A stretch of DNA of 64,000 bases from an uncultured Actinomycetota bacterium (lineage in GTDB: Bacteria > Actinomycetota > Humimicrobiia > Humimicrobiales > Humimicrobiaceae). Both the position numbers and the translations under genes were made by a program. Shown in pieces: positions 1 to 9,461 of this stretch. The notes under the pieces are model-generated. The model saw only the letters and a program-made list of their open reading frames with translations, did no database searches and was not told where the DNA came from. The DNA lies in assembly GCA_964610315.1 (NCBI GenBank), contig CAZSVM010000013.1, positions 7,014 to 71,013 of the forward strand, given 5' to 3'. The stretch's first letter is position 1. Every line of letters begins with the position of its first letter.

Positions 1-62
1 ACTCTAAATATAGTTTTTAATTTTAAAAATTAAAGCTTTTTAAAAGCGAGGTGGTTTAAGTT

Positions 63-1211
63 ATAAATAGAACAATCATTATTTTTCTGATATGTTTGTT
101 CTTAGTTTCTACAGTAAGTTGCAGAAAAGAAGTTGTAGAAGAACCGGTTATCGAGAAACCAGAAGAAAAGCTTACCGTTGAAGAGCCAGTAGAAGAAGAG
201 TCAGTTGAAGAGGATCAGGCTATTGTTGAGGAACCTGTTAAAGAAGAGGTTGTGGCAGAGGAGCCAGTTGAGGAAGCCGAACCATTACTAAATGGGATTA
301 TTGTTGAAAATCTGAGTATTGCTCTTACAAAAATAAAAAGAAAACAGGACTACTGGGATTCAAAAATAGATCACATATGTTTAGATTTTACTCTTCGTAA
401 AATAAAAACATCGGGGGAATCCAATCTTAAATTTTCTTTTGAAATTATTGATGATCATGGAAATATTTATGATGAAAATAATATGAGCCTCTTTTATGGC
501 CCCGACTCTGGCGAAACTAAAATTGGCCCAAACCTTGGACGGTATGACGACACTTATTGTCAGGATGCTAATATAGACATCGATAAAGCCCCTATTGGAT
601 TCACATGGACTGTCCCTCTCCGTTCTTTTGAAATACCTAGTAGTGCTCCTTTAACAAAACTTAAAATATATTACCAAAAAGGATACCGAGACGAAAAAAA
701 AGAATTAACCACCATAGATCTTTCCAACTTTAAACCTTCACCGGTTGAAGATTTTTATTCTCAATTAAAAGATGAAAACCTTCTTTTCCTACCATATACT
801 TTTAAAAAAGAATATTTGTCAATGACTATACAAAAAATGCAAATTAAAGAAGGAAAAGAAATACAAGAAGGAGTATCTCAACCAATGGATGAACGAGAAG
901 CCTTCATAATCCCGATTACTTTTATAAACGATGATTATAATTCTATTAATTTTAGTTTAGAAGGCATTGGAATCCAAAATCCAAATGGTGCAATCCTATG
1001 GGGATATTATACTGGATACGAAGGCGGCACACTGCCAGGAGATGGGGGTTTCACAGCTTCAATTCCAGAATTAAGCCAAAAGACAACTGAATTTCATATA
1101 ATAAGATTTTCAGATGAAGGGACGCCAAAAGCAATTCTATTTTATTCATTACCTGGGAAAGCCTCTGACAATATTACCATTTTGAAGATTTCTCCTGAAA
1201 ATTTTGAATAA
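63..1211 (+). CDS. hypothetical secreted protein or lipoprotein with N-terminal acidic Glu/Pro/Val-rich repeats
   Basis: ORF track 96..1211 (TTG start). The in-frame extension back to ATA at 63-65, preceded 9 nt by GAGGTGG, yields a textbook signal peptide MNRTIIIFLICLFLVSTVSC. About six EEPV-like repeats lie at nt ~130-290. No catalytic motif recognised. Confidence 0.45.
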   Translation: MNRTIIIFLICLFLVSTVSCRKEVVEEPVIEKPEEKLTVEEPVEEESVEEDQAIVEEPVKEEVVAEEPVEEAEPLLNGIIVENLSIALTKIKRKQDYWDSKIDHICLDFTLRKIKTSGESNLKFSFEIIDDHGNIYDENNMSLFYGPDSGETKIGPNLGRYDDTYCQDANIDIDKAPIGFTWTVPLRSFEIPSSAPLTKLKIYYQKGYRDEKKELTTIDLSNFKPSPVEDFYSQLKDENLLFLPYTFKKEYLSMTIQKMQIKEGKEIQEGVSQPMDEREAFIIPITFINDDYNSINFSLEGIGIQNPNGAILWGYYTGYEGGTLPGDGGFTASIPELSQKTTEFHIIRFSDEGTPKAILFYSLPGKASDNITILKISPENFE

Positions 1212-1459
1212 ACTTTTTAATTTTTTATTTTTTCAACATTTTAGTATATTTTTTAAGTTTGATACAGAAAGATGCAGATAAAAAAACTCTAATTACTTTG
1301 AAAGATATAGAAAGATACTATTAAAAATTTTTATTTAATAAAGATAATAGATGGTATATAAACAAGATTTAAACGTTTAGATTAATAACAAATTCTTTTA
1401 TAAAATAATAGGCCTTAATTCAATAAGAGGCTTATTTTATTAATTTAATTGATAAATAT

Positions 1460-1489
1460 TTGACATATCTATTGTAAAACACTTAAAAT
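1460..1489 (+). promoter_or_regulatory. near-consensus sigma70-type promoter (TTGACA, 18-nt spacer, TAAAAT) firing rightward into the convergent-gene gap
   Basis: TTGACA at 1460-1465 and TAAAAT at 1484-1489, read directly from the sequence. No downstream ORF longer than 11 codons before the convergent gene that ends at 1735. Confidence 0.3.
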
Positions 1490-1734
1490 ATGGGGAGAAT
1501 TCTATACAAAAGGAGCAATTTTGTATAACTATTATATTGTTCTAGTAATTTTATAACTTTTATTAAAATAATGTCAAGACGTAAAGATCTCTCAAACCTT
1601 TTATAATCCCACATTTGACTGCAACTGCGCTACTTTTGGTTCTTTCTACCATCTATCAAACCTCCATACACCTATTTTGCCCGAAGGGCGAACCTTTTAT
1701 ACTGTGTTAGGCGACTGCTTTGCCTGGCGACATT

Positions 1735-2703
1735 TTATAATTTTCCATTTTTTAATGTATTCAAATCGAATTTTTCAACTGATAAAATATTTAAAATGGG
1801 TCTTATATCACCCTCCCAGTCAAAGAGTAGGTTGTTAAATCCAATATACAAAGGTTCACACTCGATTTTAAATGGAATACTTTTAATTTTTCCCTTATTT
1901 CTTCTCTTCCCCTCCACATATAAAGATTTTGGAAGATTATCTGCACTACCAATTGCTACTTTACTCAAAACTTTATCCCACACTTCATTATGAATTAATT
2001 TCCTCCAATAATTAGGCAATAGCCTTCCTAATTCAGGAGATAATTTAGAAACTTTTTGGTAATCTCTATAATTAATCTGCTTGTTTAAAGAATTACCTTT
2101 TTCGCCTTTATACCTCCAAAATGTAACCATTGTATCCTTCAGGAGTGATAGGTCTTCTGTTACTCTCTTAATTATCAACATACGTGAAACTTGGAACTTT
2201 TTTGAAAGTTCTTCAATCATATCTATTGAATTAGAACCTACTCTGTTAATTTCTAAAAAACTTTCTTTTATTAAATTGTCTGGAAGCAATAGGTATCTTG
2301 CCATGTCGTGACACCAATCCTCAGGTGAAACCATCTTAAGCTTAGGAACTAAAGATGTGCAATCATAAAATAATATATGAGCTAATTCATGGCAAATTGT
2401 TGATCGTATTCTTACATCAGAGAATTTTTTATCCTCAGTGTCTAATGTACCATATTTGATTATAAAACCTCCTTGGATCGGTACTAAAAAACCCTCATCA
2501 AAAGTTGAGATTTTTTTATCTGGTTCTATGATAATTTTTATTCCCCTCAGATCTTCAATAACTTTGCATAGTGTTTTTTCGCAGACTGGAGGGGTAATAA
2601 ATCTAGTTTTCTTTTCATACTCCCGAAGAATATCCTTTACCCATTTCTGGATAAAATCCTTCTTCCTAATGAAATTGTTAGAAGTGCTCAAATAGATATT
2701 CAT
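1735..2703 (-). CDS. IrrE/ImmA-family (COG2856, peptidase M78-like) zinc metallopeptidase with ~200-aa C-terminal sensor-like extension
   Basis: HEXXH motif ICHELAHILFYD at residues ~105-109 of 322 aa. The protein is longer than a minimal ImmA domain. Its ATG overlaps the upstream gene's stop codon (ATGA at 2700-2703). Confidence 0.7.
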   Translation of the reverse strand: MNIYLSTSNNFIRKKDFIQKWVKDILREYEKKTRFITPPVCEKTLCKVIEDLRGIKIIIEPDKKISTFDEGFLVPIQGGFIIKYGTLDTEDKKFSDVRIRSTICHELAHILFYDCTSLVPKLKMVSPEDWCHDMARYLLLPDNLIKESFLEINRVGSNSIDMIEELSKKFQVSRMLIIKRVTEDLSLLKDTMVTFWRYKGEKGNSLNKQINYRDYQKVSKLSPELGRLLPNYWRKLIHNEVWDKVLSKVAIGSADNLPKSLYVEGKRRNKGKIKSIPFKIECEPLYIGFNNLLFDWEGDIRPILNILSVEKFDLNTLKNGKL

Positions 2704-4583
2704 ATTGGTAATTCTTCCTGTTTATACCTGGCTTCTACTTTATTTTTTGCAGCTCTTACTATTTCTTCTACCCTATTATTCACAAGATCAAGCTTAAAAT
2801 GCTTTCCACTCCTTTCTCTTACTAAAACCTCCTCAATTGTAGATGGAATTTCCTGATATACTTCAGGTATTTGAGGTTTTGGAGTGGAGTTCTCTAATTC
2901 CTCGTATATCCTCCCGCTGACTTCATATTCATAGCTTTGATAGACATAATGATCAAAGATTGAATCACCTACTCCAATATCCTTTTTTAACTCTTCTTTA
3001 ATCACCTTACCATAAATAGGTATTAAAAGAGGATCAATAAATACATACAATTTCCACAAAGCCTTATATTGTTCCATAACATTTCTAACTCTATCAGCTA
3101 GGCTCTTATGACGTTCCTCTAAGCTTTTCAAACATGTTTCACTATTGAGTTTCTCAATAACTTCATTAGGATTACCGTTATTATCTATTTTTTCGTATGA
3201 AACTAGAGCTTCTGCTTCCTTTAATGCCATTTTACTAGTGGGGCAAAATATAAGTATAGAACCCACTGGTAAACCGAATTTCTTTTCTATTTTTTCTTCT
3301 AATTCAGATCGGTTTTGAGGAAATGAGTACTTTACTGATAAATCAATCTCATCTGGTTTTCTTTGTTTATAAGCAGGTATTATATGGAATCGTTTGTAAA
3401 ATCTTCTGCTTTTTAAAGAAACTAAGAGTCTTTTAGCACCACTAGCTCTACTTTCATATTTTGGATTTTTGCTCATCTTTTCTATCTTTTTCTCAAGTAA
3501 GCTTATAAAACCTTCATCTCCAATATTATATAACTCATCAGATTCTGTTAAATTACATAAGGATGCAATTTTACCCAACATTGCACTTGCTTCACATTTT
3601 GCATGGTGATAGATAACTGCCTCAGTAAGAGCATATCTTACGTTTAAAATACCAATAATTGCAGAAAGAACATCATGACGCCAGTCTCCTCTTTTAGTGA
3701 GTTTAATCACCATTCGAGTCTTCCCATAGGTATCTTTATTTTGCCTTAGTTCAATATAATCAAACAGCCGATACAAAAAACCAGGTTTCATTTCTATTCC
3801 AGTAAATTCCACATCTCTTAAGATATAGCTAAGAAGGTCAGCGGATATTGTATTTCCTATTATGTCTGAAATATAAAATCTATCGGGGTTTAAGAGATTT
3901 TTTTCAATTTTTTCCTGTATTTCAGCTCTTTCTTTCTCAGATAATTTTTTTCCTTTCTCATTCTCAGTTTTTTTATCTTTTCTCTCAATAAACTGTTTTA
4001 TTGAACCCTCGTCTGGAAAGGCAATTGTCCATAAAACTTTTCTTGCATCTTCTAAAAGTCCTTGGTCATTTTTAATTATTTTCTCAAACTCATCTTTTTC
4101 CTTAAATCCAAATAGAGTGTAGGGAGCTAATTCTGGGGATTTCTTTAACACTTCAAGCTCGTTATTTATTAAATTTATCATTTTATCAATTCTTTCACTC
4201 TTGTCTCCTTTTTCAAGGATACCATTTTCATCCTCTAATGTATGAGAATATGGAATATGCATTATATCATGTAACAGAGCCGCTACTCTTATAAGTGGGG
4301 TATCATCTTTTATCCGCTTTAAGAACTCCCCCTTCTCGTCTTTATTTATAGAGATTGAAAGTTCAATATTTTCCTTTAGAGCGTCTATAAAGCGTTGAGA
4401 CATGTCTAAACAATCCAAACAATGAGCTGCTCTTGTATGAGTAGCAAAAGGGTATACTCGGTCAGCTATTCCAAGTTGTTTTATGCTGTATAATCGTTGA
4501 AAACATTTGGTATTAATAAATAAAAGTTCATATCCTTCAATTTTAACATCCCTATTTGGAATCCTAAAATTCTTTCTTTTCAT
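2700..4583 (-). CDS. SAMHD1/dGTPase-like HD-domain dNTP triphosphohydrolase with ~250-aa C-terminal extension
   Basis: Motifs FQRLYSIKQLG, ATHTRAAHCL, LLHDIMHIPYSH and DLLSYILRDVEFTG match the dGTPase/SAMHD1 HD signature. Probable start MKRKNF at 4583, with GGAGGG 7 nt upstream (ORF track begins at 4619). Confidence 0.75.
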   Translation of the reverse strand: MKRKNFRIPNRDVKIEGYELLFINTKCFQRLYSIKQLGIADRVYPFATHTRAAHCLDCLDMSQRFIDALKENIELSISINKDEKGEFLKRIKDDTPLIRVAALLHDIMHIPYSHTLEDENGILEKGDKSERIDKMINLINNELEVLKKSPELAPYTLFGFKEKDEFEKIIKNDQGLLEDARKVLWTIAFPDEGSIKQFIERKDKKTENEKGKKLSEKERAEIQEKIEKNLLNPDRFYISDIIGNTISADLLSYILRDVEFTGIEMKPGFLYRLFDYIELRQNKDTYGKTRMVIKLTKRGDWRHDVLSAIIGILNVRYALTEAVIYHHAKCEASAMLGKIASLCNLTESDELYNIGDEGFISLLEKKIEKMSKNPKYESRASGAKRLLVSLKSRRFYKRFHIIPAYKQRKPDEIDLSVKYSFPQNRSELEEKIEKKFGLPVGSILIFCPTSKMALKEAEALVSYEKIDNNGNPNEVIEKLNSETCLKSLEERHKSLADRVRNVMEQYKALWKLYVFIDPLLIPIYGKVIKEELKKDIGVGDSIFDHYVYQSYEYEVSGRIYEELENSTPKPQIPEVYQEIPSTIEEVLVRERSGKHFKLDLVNNRVEEIVRAAKNKVEARYKQEELPI

Positions 4584-4883
4584 ATAGCTTCCCTCCATTT
4601 TCAGGAATAAAGTTGTCAATCAAAATGCCTTTTTTAACTTGTTTCTTTACGAAATATTTTATTTTTGCCTTAATAATATATATTATTTAAATTATAAATA
4701 TAATACACACAATATTCAATTATTTACTTTTTTTCAGTTCTAGACAAAAAGTATAGTCCTAATTTCCTCTGGTTTATTTTCATAAAACTCTATGCTAAAC
4801 TTCTAAAAGTAGGTAGTTTATGACGAATTTTTTAATAAGCTTCCTAAAACAGCTTACAAAACTTTCTCTTACGGAGACTGATA

Positions 4884-6371
4884 ATGGAAAACGAAAAAGC
4901 AGTTGGTATCTGGATCCGGGTCTCTACTGAAGACCAGGCCAAAGGTGAAAGCCCAGAGCATCATGAAAAAAGAGCCCGTCTTTATGCCGAGTCCAAGGGC
5001 TGGAAGGTAAAGGAAGTATATCACCTTGAGGCAGTAAGCGGAAAATCAGTAATGGGTCTTCCAGAAACAAAAAGGATGCTCGCGGATATAGAAAGTGGCT
5101 ACATTACTGCTCTAATCTTCTCCAAACTTGCAAGACTTGCCCGAAATACCAAAGAGCTTCTAGAATTTTCTGAAATCTTCAGGGAATACAATGCAGATTT
5201 AATCTCCCTCCAGGAATCCATCGATACTTCAACCCCAGCTGGAAGGCTTTTTTACACCATAATTGCTGCAATGGCCCAGTGGGAAAGAGAAGAAATCTCA
5301 GATAGAGTGGCTGCCTCTGTTCCAATTAGAGCTATGCTTGGAAAATCCATTGGTGGCAAGGCTTCCTTTGGTTACCACTGGAAAGACAACAAATTAGTTC
5401 CCGATCCAAAAGAGGTACCAGTCAGGAAGTTAATCTATGAGCTTTTTTTGGAGCACAAGCGTAAAAAAACAGTAGCCAGAGTTTTAAATGAAGCCGGGTA
5501 TAGAACCAGAAAGGGATCAAAGTTCTGTGATACAACCATCGGAAGGCTTCTCAGAGATCCTACTGCCAAGGGAGTTCACCGAGCTAATTACACTAAAACT
5601 CTTGGAGAGAATAAAAAATGGGTCCTAAAACCAAAAGAGGAATGGGTCTTTACCAAGGTAGAGCCCATTGTCTCTGAAGAGCTCTGGGACGAGTGTAATC
5701 AGATTTTAGATGAGCAAAAAAAGAAAAACAAAATCCCGACTAGAAAACCTGTCCATATTTTTACCGGAATTGCCTACTGCCACTGTGGAAATAAGATGTA
5801 CGTACCTTCCAATTCCCCTAAATATACCTGCTATAAATGCAGAAACAAAATAGGAAAAGATGATTTAGAAGAGGTCTTCCACCAACAGCTTAAAACCTTC
5901 TTTTTCTCATCTTCAGAGATCAGTGACTACTTAAATAAAGCAGATAATGTTATAAAAGAAAAAGAAGAGCTACTGGCTAGCTTAATAGATGAGGAGAAAA
6001 AAAATAATCAGGAAATGGATAAAATCTACAATCTATATTTTGATGATAAGATAACAAGTGATGAATTTGGAGTTCGCCACAAACCTTTTGAAGAAAGGTT
6101 TTTACAATTAAAAGATAAAATTCCTAAACTTCAAGGTGAAATTGATTTTTTAAAAATCCAGTATCTATCCAGTGATAGAATACTAAATGAAGCTAAAGAT
6201 CTCTATTCCAGATGGCCAGAACTAGAGACAGAAGAAAAAAGAAAGATTGTTGAAAATGTTGCTGAAAAAATAATAGTTGGAACTGAAGATGTGACTATAA
6301 ATCTATGTTACCTCCCGTCATCCCCTCCCAAAATAGCGACATCTTCGCAACGCAATCTCAGGGGTTGGTAG
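4884..6371 (+). CDS. large serine recombinase (integrase)
   Basis: N-terminal resolvase catalytic domain (GIWIRVSTEDQ, catalytic Ser), followed by a recombinase domain and a Cys-rich zinc ribbon (CHCGNKMY...CYKCRNK). GGAGA ribosome-binding site before ATG. Confidence 0.85.
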   Translation: MENEKAVGIWIRVSTEDQAKGESPEHHEKRARLYAESKGWKVKEVYHLEAVSGKSVMGLPETKRMLADIESGYITALIFSKLARLARNTKELLEFSEIFREYNADLISLQESIDTSTPAGRLFYTIIAAMAQWEREEISDRVAASVPIRAMLGKSIGGKASFGYHWKDNKLVPDPKEVPVRKLIYELFLEHKRKKTVARVLNEAGYRTRKGSKFCDTTIGRLLRDPTAKGVHRANYTKTLGENKKWVLKPKEEWVFTKVEPIVSEELWDECNQILDEQKKKNKIPTRKPVHIFTGIAYCHCGNKMYVPSNSPKYTCYKCRNKIGKDDLEEVFHQQLKTFFFSSSEISDYLNKADNVIKEKEELLASLIDEEKKNNQEMDKIYNLYFDDKITSDEFGVRHKPFEERFLQLKDKIPKLQGEIDFLKIQYLSSDRILNEAKDLYSRWPELETEEKRKIVENVAEKIIVGTEDVTINLCYLPSSPPKIATSSQRNLRGW

Positions 6372-7410
6372 CCACTATCAACATAAAATTACAGGGAAAA
6401 CTGTAAGAAAAATTATTTCTGGTAATAATTACCTCCTTATTTTCCAGGGGCTGCCTTAAATCCTCTATAAAATTTCTGGGGAATTGTGAAAATTCATCCA
6501 GGAACAATAAACCTTTATGCGTCAGACTGATTTCACCTGGTCTGGGACTGATACCTCCTCCAATAAGTCCTATCCTGCTTATAGTATGATGAGGGCTTCT
6601 AAAGGGCCTTTTTTGTATCAGGTTGCTGACATTCTTTTCACGTAAACTATAAATTTTGGTAACCTCTATACATTCCTGCATATTTAAATCAGGCATTATG
6701 GTAACCGCTCTTCTGGCAAGCATTGTCTTACCGCTGCCGGGAGGGCCTATAAGCATTACATTGTGCCTTCCTCCTACAGCTATCTCCAGAGCTCTTTTTG
6801 CCTTAAGCTGACCTTTTACATCCTTAAAGTCAAAGTTATAAGAGGTATGCTTTCTGGCAATATTATTATTGACCTTATATATAAACTTCTCCGTTCCCTC
6901 TTTACCGGAAAGAGCTTCTACTGCTTCTAATAGATTCCTGCAGGCAACTATTCTTACACCGGAAATAAAAGAAACCTGGTTGGCTATCCCATAGGGCACG
7001 AAAAAAAAGCTTTTTGAACCCTTCTGTGCTTCTTCTGCCATAGAAATTAAACCTCTCACCGGATTTATGCTTCCGTCCAGTGACAGTTCACCTACAAAAC
7101 AGGATTCCTTTGAAATACTACAATTAATTTGGCCGCTGGCGGAAAGAATGGAAAGAGCTATGGGTAAATCATAAAAAGAGCCGTCTTTTTTTATATCTGC
7201 CGGCGACAGATTTACAATTATTTTTTTTACCGGAAAATCAAAACCGCTGTTAATGACTGCAGATCTTACTCTCTGTCTGGATTCATTTACTGCCTTTCCC
7301 GGAAGGCCCACGATTATAAATTCAGGCAGACCTCTTGTTATATGAACCTCTACCGATACTCTTACCGCATCGACACCGGTTAATGTGAAGCTGTCTAACT
7401 TAAATAGCAT
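6358..7410 (-). pseudogene. comM: comM/yifB (Mg-chelatase-like AAA+ competence protein) 5' fragment, truncated after ...IVATNP by element insertion
   Basis: N-terminal ComM domain and AAA+ Walker A (GPPGSGKTMLA) are present. The protein stops right after the NP that precedes the CPCG motif in full-length ComM/YifB (~500 aa; here 350 aa). Confidence 0.8.
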
Positions 7411-7541
7411 GTACTAATTGTATATGTAAATACACATTTAGTCAATTATACATATAATGCGCTTATTTCTTTTTAATTTCTCCTAAGGCTAATTTTTTCA
7501 GGTAAGAAAAGAGTTATAATAGAGATCAGGACAACCCAGGA

Positions 7542-8780
7542 CTATGAATATGCTTCCAATCTTTTTTTATATTCGAGAAGAGCTGTTTTTTTTCTTTTTC
7601 TTTCATTGAACATAGATTTCATCAACAGCCGATAATATCTTATTCTTTTCGTTTTTCTATCAATTTGCCCCTTCATCTCTGCTGCTCGGATTCCAGGACG
7701 TTTCTGAAACATGTAAACCTCTACGTAGTCTAAGCTCACTTCATCCAGTAACCGGCAGGTATCCTTAAAGTCTTCTTCTGACTCGGTTGGGAAACCCACC
7801 ATGAGTTGACTCCGAATCATTATTTTTGGGAACTCTTTATTCATAATACGAATGGTCTCTTTAAAATTACTTATTGTATATCCCCGGTTCATGAGGCTTA
7901 AAATTCTATCATTCCCTGATTCCGCTGCCGTGGAAAGATAAGATATATTCCCGGTTTGGAAGATCTCGCGGAGCTCGGGCATCATCTCAATCAAAAATCG
8001 GGGTTGGATGTTTCGCAGTCTGATTTTGAAATCGCCCTTCATTTTAATTATTTCTCTGAGAAGAATAACCAGGTTTATTCCTAAATCTCTGCCATATGCC
8101 CCCACATTAGTTCCAATCAATCCAAATTCTTTATAATTTTTCTCTAGTCCCTTTTTGACTTCCTTTATGATGCTGTCGATGGATTTGCTCTTCAAATTTC
8201 CCCGGCTAAGTTTGACCGCACAATAAGAACAATTACTCAGGCAACCTGTAGATACTTTTATTAGGAAAATACCTGGCCCATAGACATTGATTGCCTGGTC
8301 AACAGAATACATTTTCATTAGTTTCAGAGGATTTACAAGGATTCTTCTAATCCTAGAATTTTTGGAATTTCTATTTTCCTCACCAAAGTGGAATAGTGGA
8401 ATTAAAAAATTCGCATGGATATTTTCTGCCTTTTTTTCAAAAGCAAACATTTCATCCACTCTTGTTAAATCATCCGAACCGAAGGTAATTCCCTGGTAAA
8501 TCTCCCGAATACAACTGTTATTGATTTTGGGAAGGCAGCCCCATACTATAAATTCAGTGGAGGGATTTTTTTTTGTCTTTAAATAATTAATAATGCTCAA
8601 GGATTCTTTTTCAGTTTCTTCTGTGAGCCCACATGCATTAAAAAATATGATGTCTGCCTTTCGAAAATCGCTGGTGATTTTCCAGCCATTTTTTCTGAAA
8701 AGCTTTACCATTCTTGCCGAATCGATTCGACTCTCAGGACAGCCATTGGCAGTCACATAGACGAAAGAATTAGATTTCAT
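7542..8780 (-). CDS. radical SAM methylthiotransferase, MiaB/RimO/MtaB family
   Basis: N-terminal MTTase domain (VYVTANGCPES...FFNACG) plus radical SAM CLSNCSYC motif. No obvious C-terminal TRAM domain. Confidence 0.75.
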   Translation of the reverse strand: MKSNSFVYVTANGCPESRIDSARMVKLFRKNGWKITSDFRKADIIFFNACGLTEETEKESLSIINYLKTKKNPSTEFIVWGCLPKINNSCIREIYQGITFGSDDLTRVDEMFAFEKKAENIHANFLIPLFHFGEENRNSKNSRIRRILVNPLKLMKMYSVDQAINVYGPGIFLIKVSTGCLSNCSYCAVKLSRGNLKSKSIDSIIKEVKKGLEKNYKEFGLIGTNVGAYGRDLGINLVILLREIIKMKGDFKIRLRNIQPRFLIEMMPELREIFQTGNISYLSTAAESGNDRILSLMNRGYTISNFKETIRIMNKEFPKIMIRSQLMVGFPTESEEDFKDTCRLLDEVSLDYVEVYMFQKRPGIRAAEMKGQIDRKTKRIRYYRLLMKSMFNERKRKKTALLEYKKRLEAYS

Positions 8781-8957
8781 TGTAATAGTCCCGGAAACCC
8801 TGACATTGTTGATAAACTATCAGAAAAAAAAACAGCTGTCAAGCTCGAAATGAAGGTCTATTTTTGTCTATATATAGGTTGGTTATCCAGAATTAAGTTC
8901 TTATAAATTCTTATAAATTTGGGTAGTGGGTCAATTTAACCATTAACACCTTCTATA

Positions 8958-9272
8958 TTATTTCTTTGATGCCAGTTTTTTAGCTGTCTCTACAGCCACT
9001 TCATAAGAGACCAGTGGAATAAGTTCGACCTCAATAAAGGGATACATTGGTGTTTGAGCTATTAATCCCTGGAGTTCTTCATTAGAGTCCACTTCAAATA
9101 TGGCATAGCTTCCTTTTCTACCAGCTATTATACCTCCCGCTAAAATTTTTCCTTTTTGTTTATAGCTATTAAGGATTTCAACCTGCTTTCCAGAAATTTC
9201 GAAAAACTGCTCGAGCGGAATTGATGGTAATCCTTTTACTTCACCTTTGAATAAAAACAACATAGTTATCAC
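8958..9272 (-). CDS. small hypothetical protein, possibly muconolactone-isomerase/YciI-like alpha+beta fold
   Basis: 104-aa ORF. Weak resemblance (YAIFEVDSNEELQGLIAQTPMYPFIEVELIPL) to muconolactone isomerase-like proteins. Confidence 0.35.
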   Translation of the reverse strand: MITMLFLFKGEVKGLPSIPLEQFFEISGKQVEILNSYKQKGKILAGGIIAGRKGSYAIFEVDSNEELQGLIAQTPMYPFIEVELIPLVSYEVAVETAKKLASKK

Positions 9273-9461
9273 CTCCTTTTCTTTTTATTTTGGCAGTTCA
9301 TTACTAGTGCAAACTCCTTTAGTCCGTAATCCATCTTGTTTTATCATGGCCTTCTTTCAAGTACTATTTTCAACCTGACAAAACATTTAGCTTTTAAAAG
9401 TAAGCAGTGCTATATCAATATATTCATTTAAAATATTTTTTAGGCACCTTTATATTAATAC

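Larger units (their letters stand above)
1..6371. mobile_element. integrative element (right-hand portion; left end outside window) inserted in comM via serine recombinase
   Basis: The recombinase gene's last codons overlap the point where comM is truncated. No comM 3' fragment is present within 1-1734. The content to the left (lipoprotein, metallopeptidase, HD gene) is unrelated to comM. Confidence 0.55.

Noticed and set aside
1679-1689. GCCCgaaGGGC hairpin as a rho-independent terminator
   Set aside because: The stem is only 4 bp and the downstream U-tract is weak on either strand. Kept only as a possible minor structure.
1212-1734. Search for the missing comM 3' fragment, or a tRNA, at the presumed left end of the element
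   Set aside because: The minus-strand translation gives no ComM-like CPCG segment, and no tRNA-like sequence with a T-loop motif was found. The left junction must lie outside the window.
1796-2695. Plus-strand ORFs 1796..1993, 2081..2311 and 2438..2695. The same pattern recurs across the window, e.g. 10806..11261, 12845..13231, 24485..25057, 54214..54915, 57217..57777.
   Set aside because: They lie antisense inside well-supported minus-strand genes, are low-complexity, and show no motifs or ribosome-binding sites. Shadow ORFs.
8898-8919. Tandem ttcttataaat x2, and a general search for CRISPR-like arrays
   Set aside because: Only two short units with no spacer structure. No CRISPR repeats were seen anywhere in the window.
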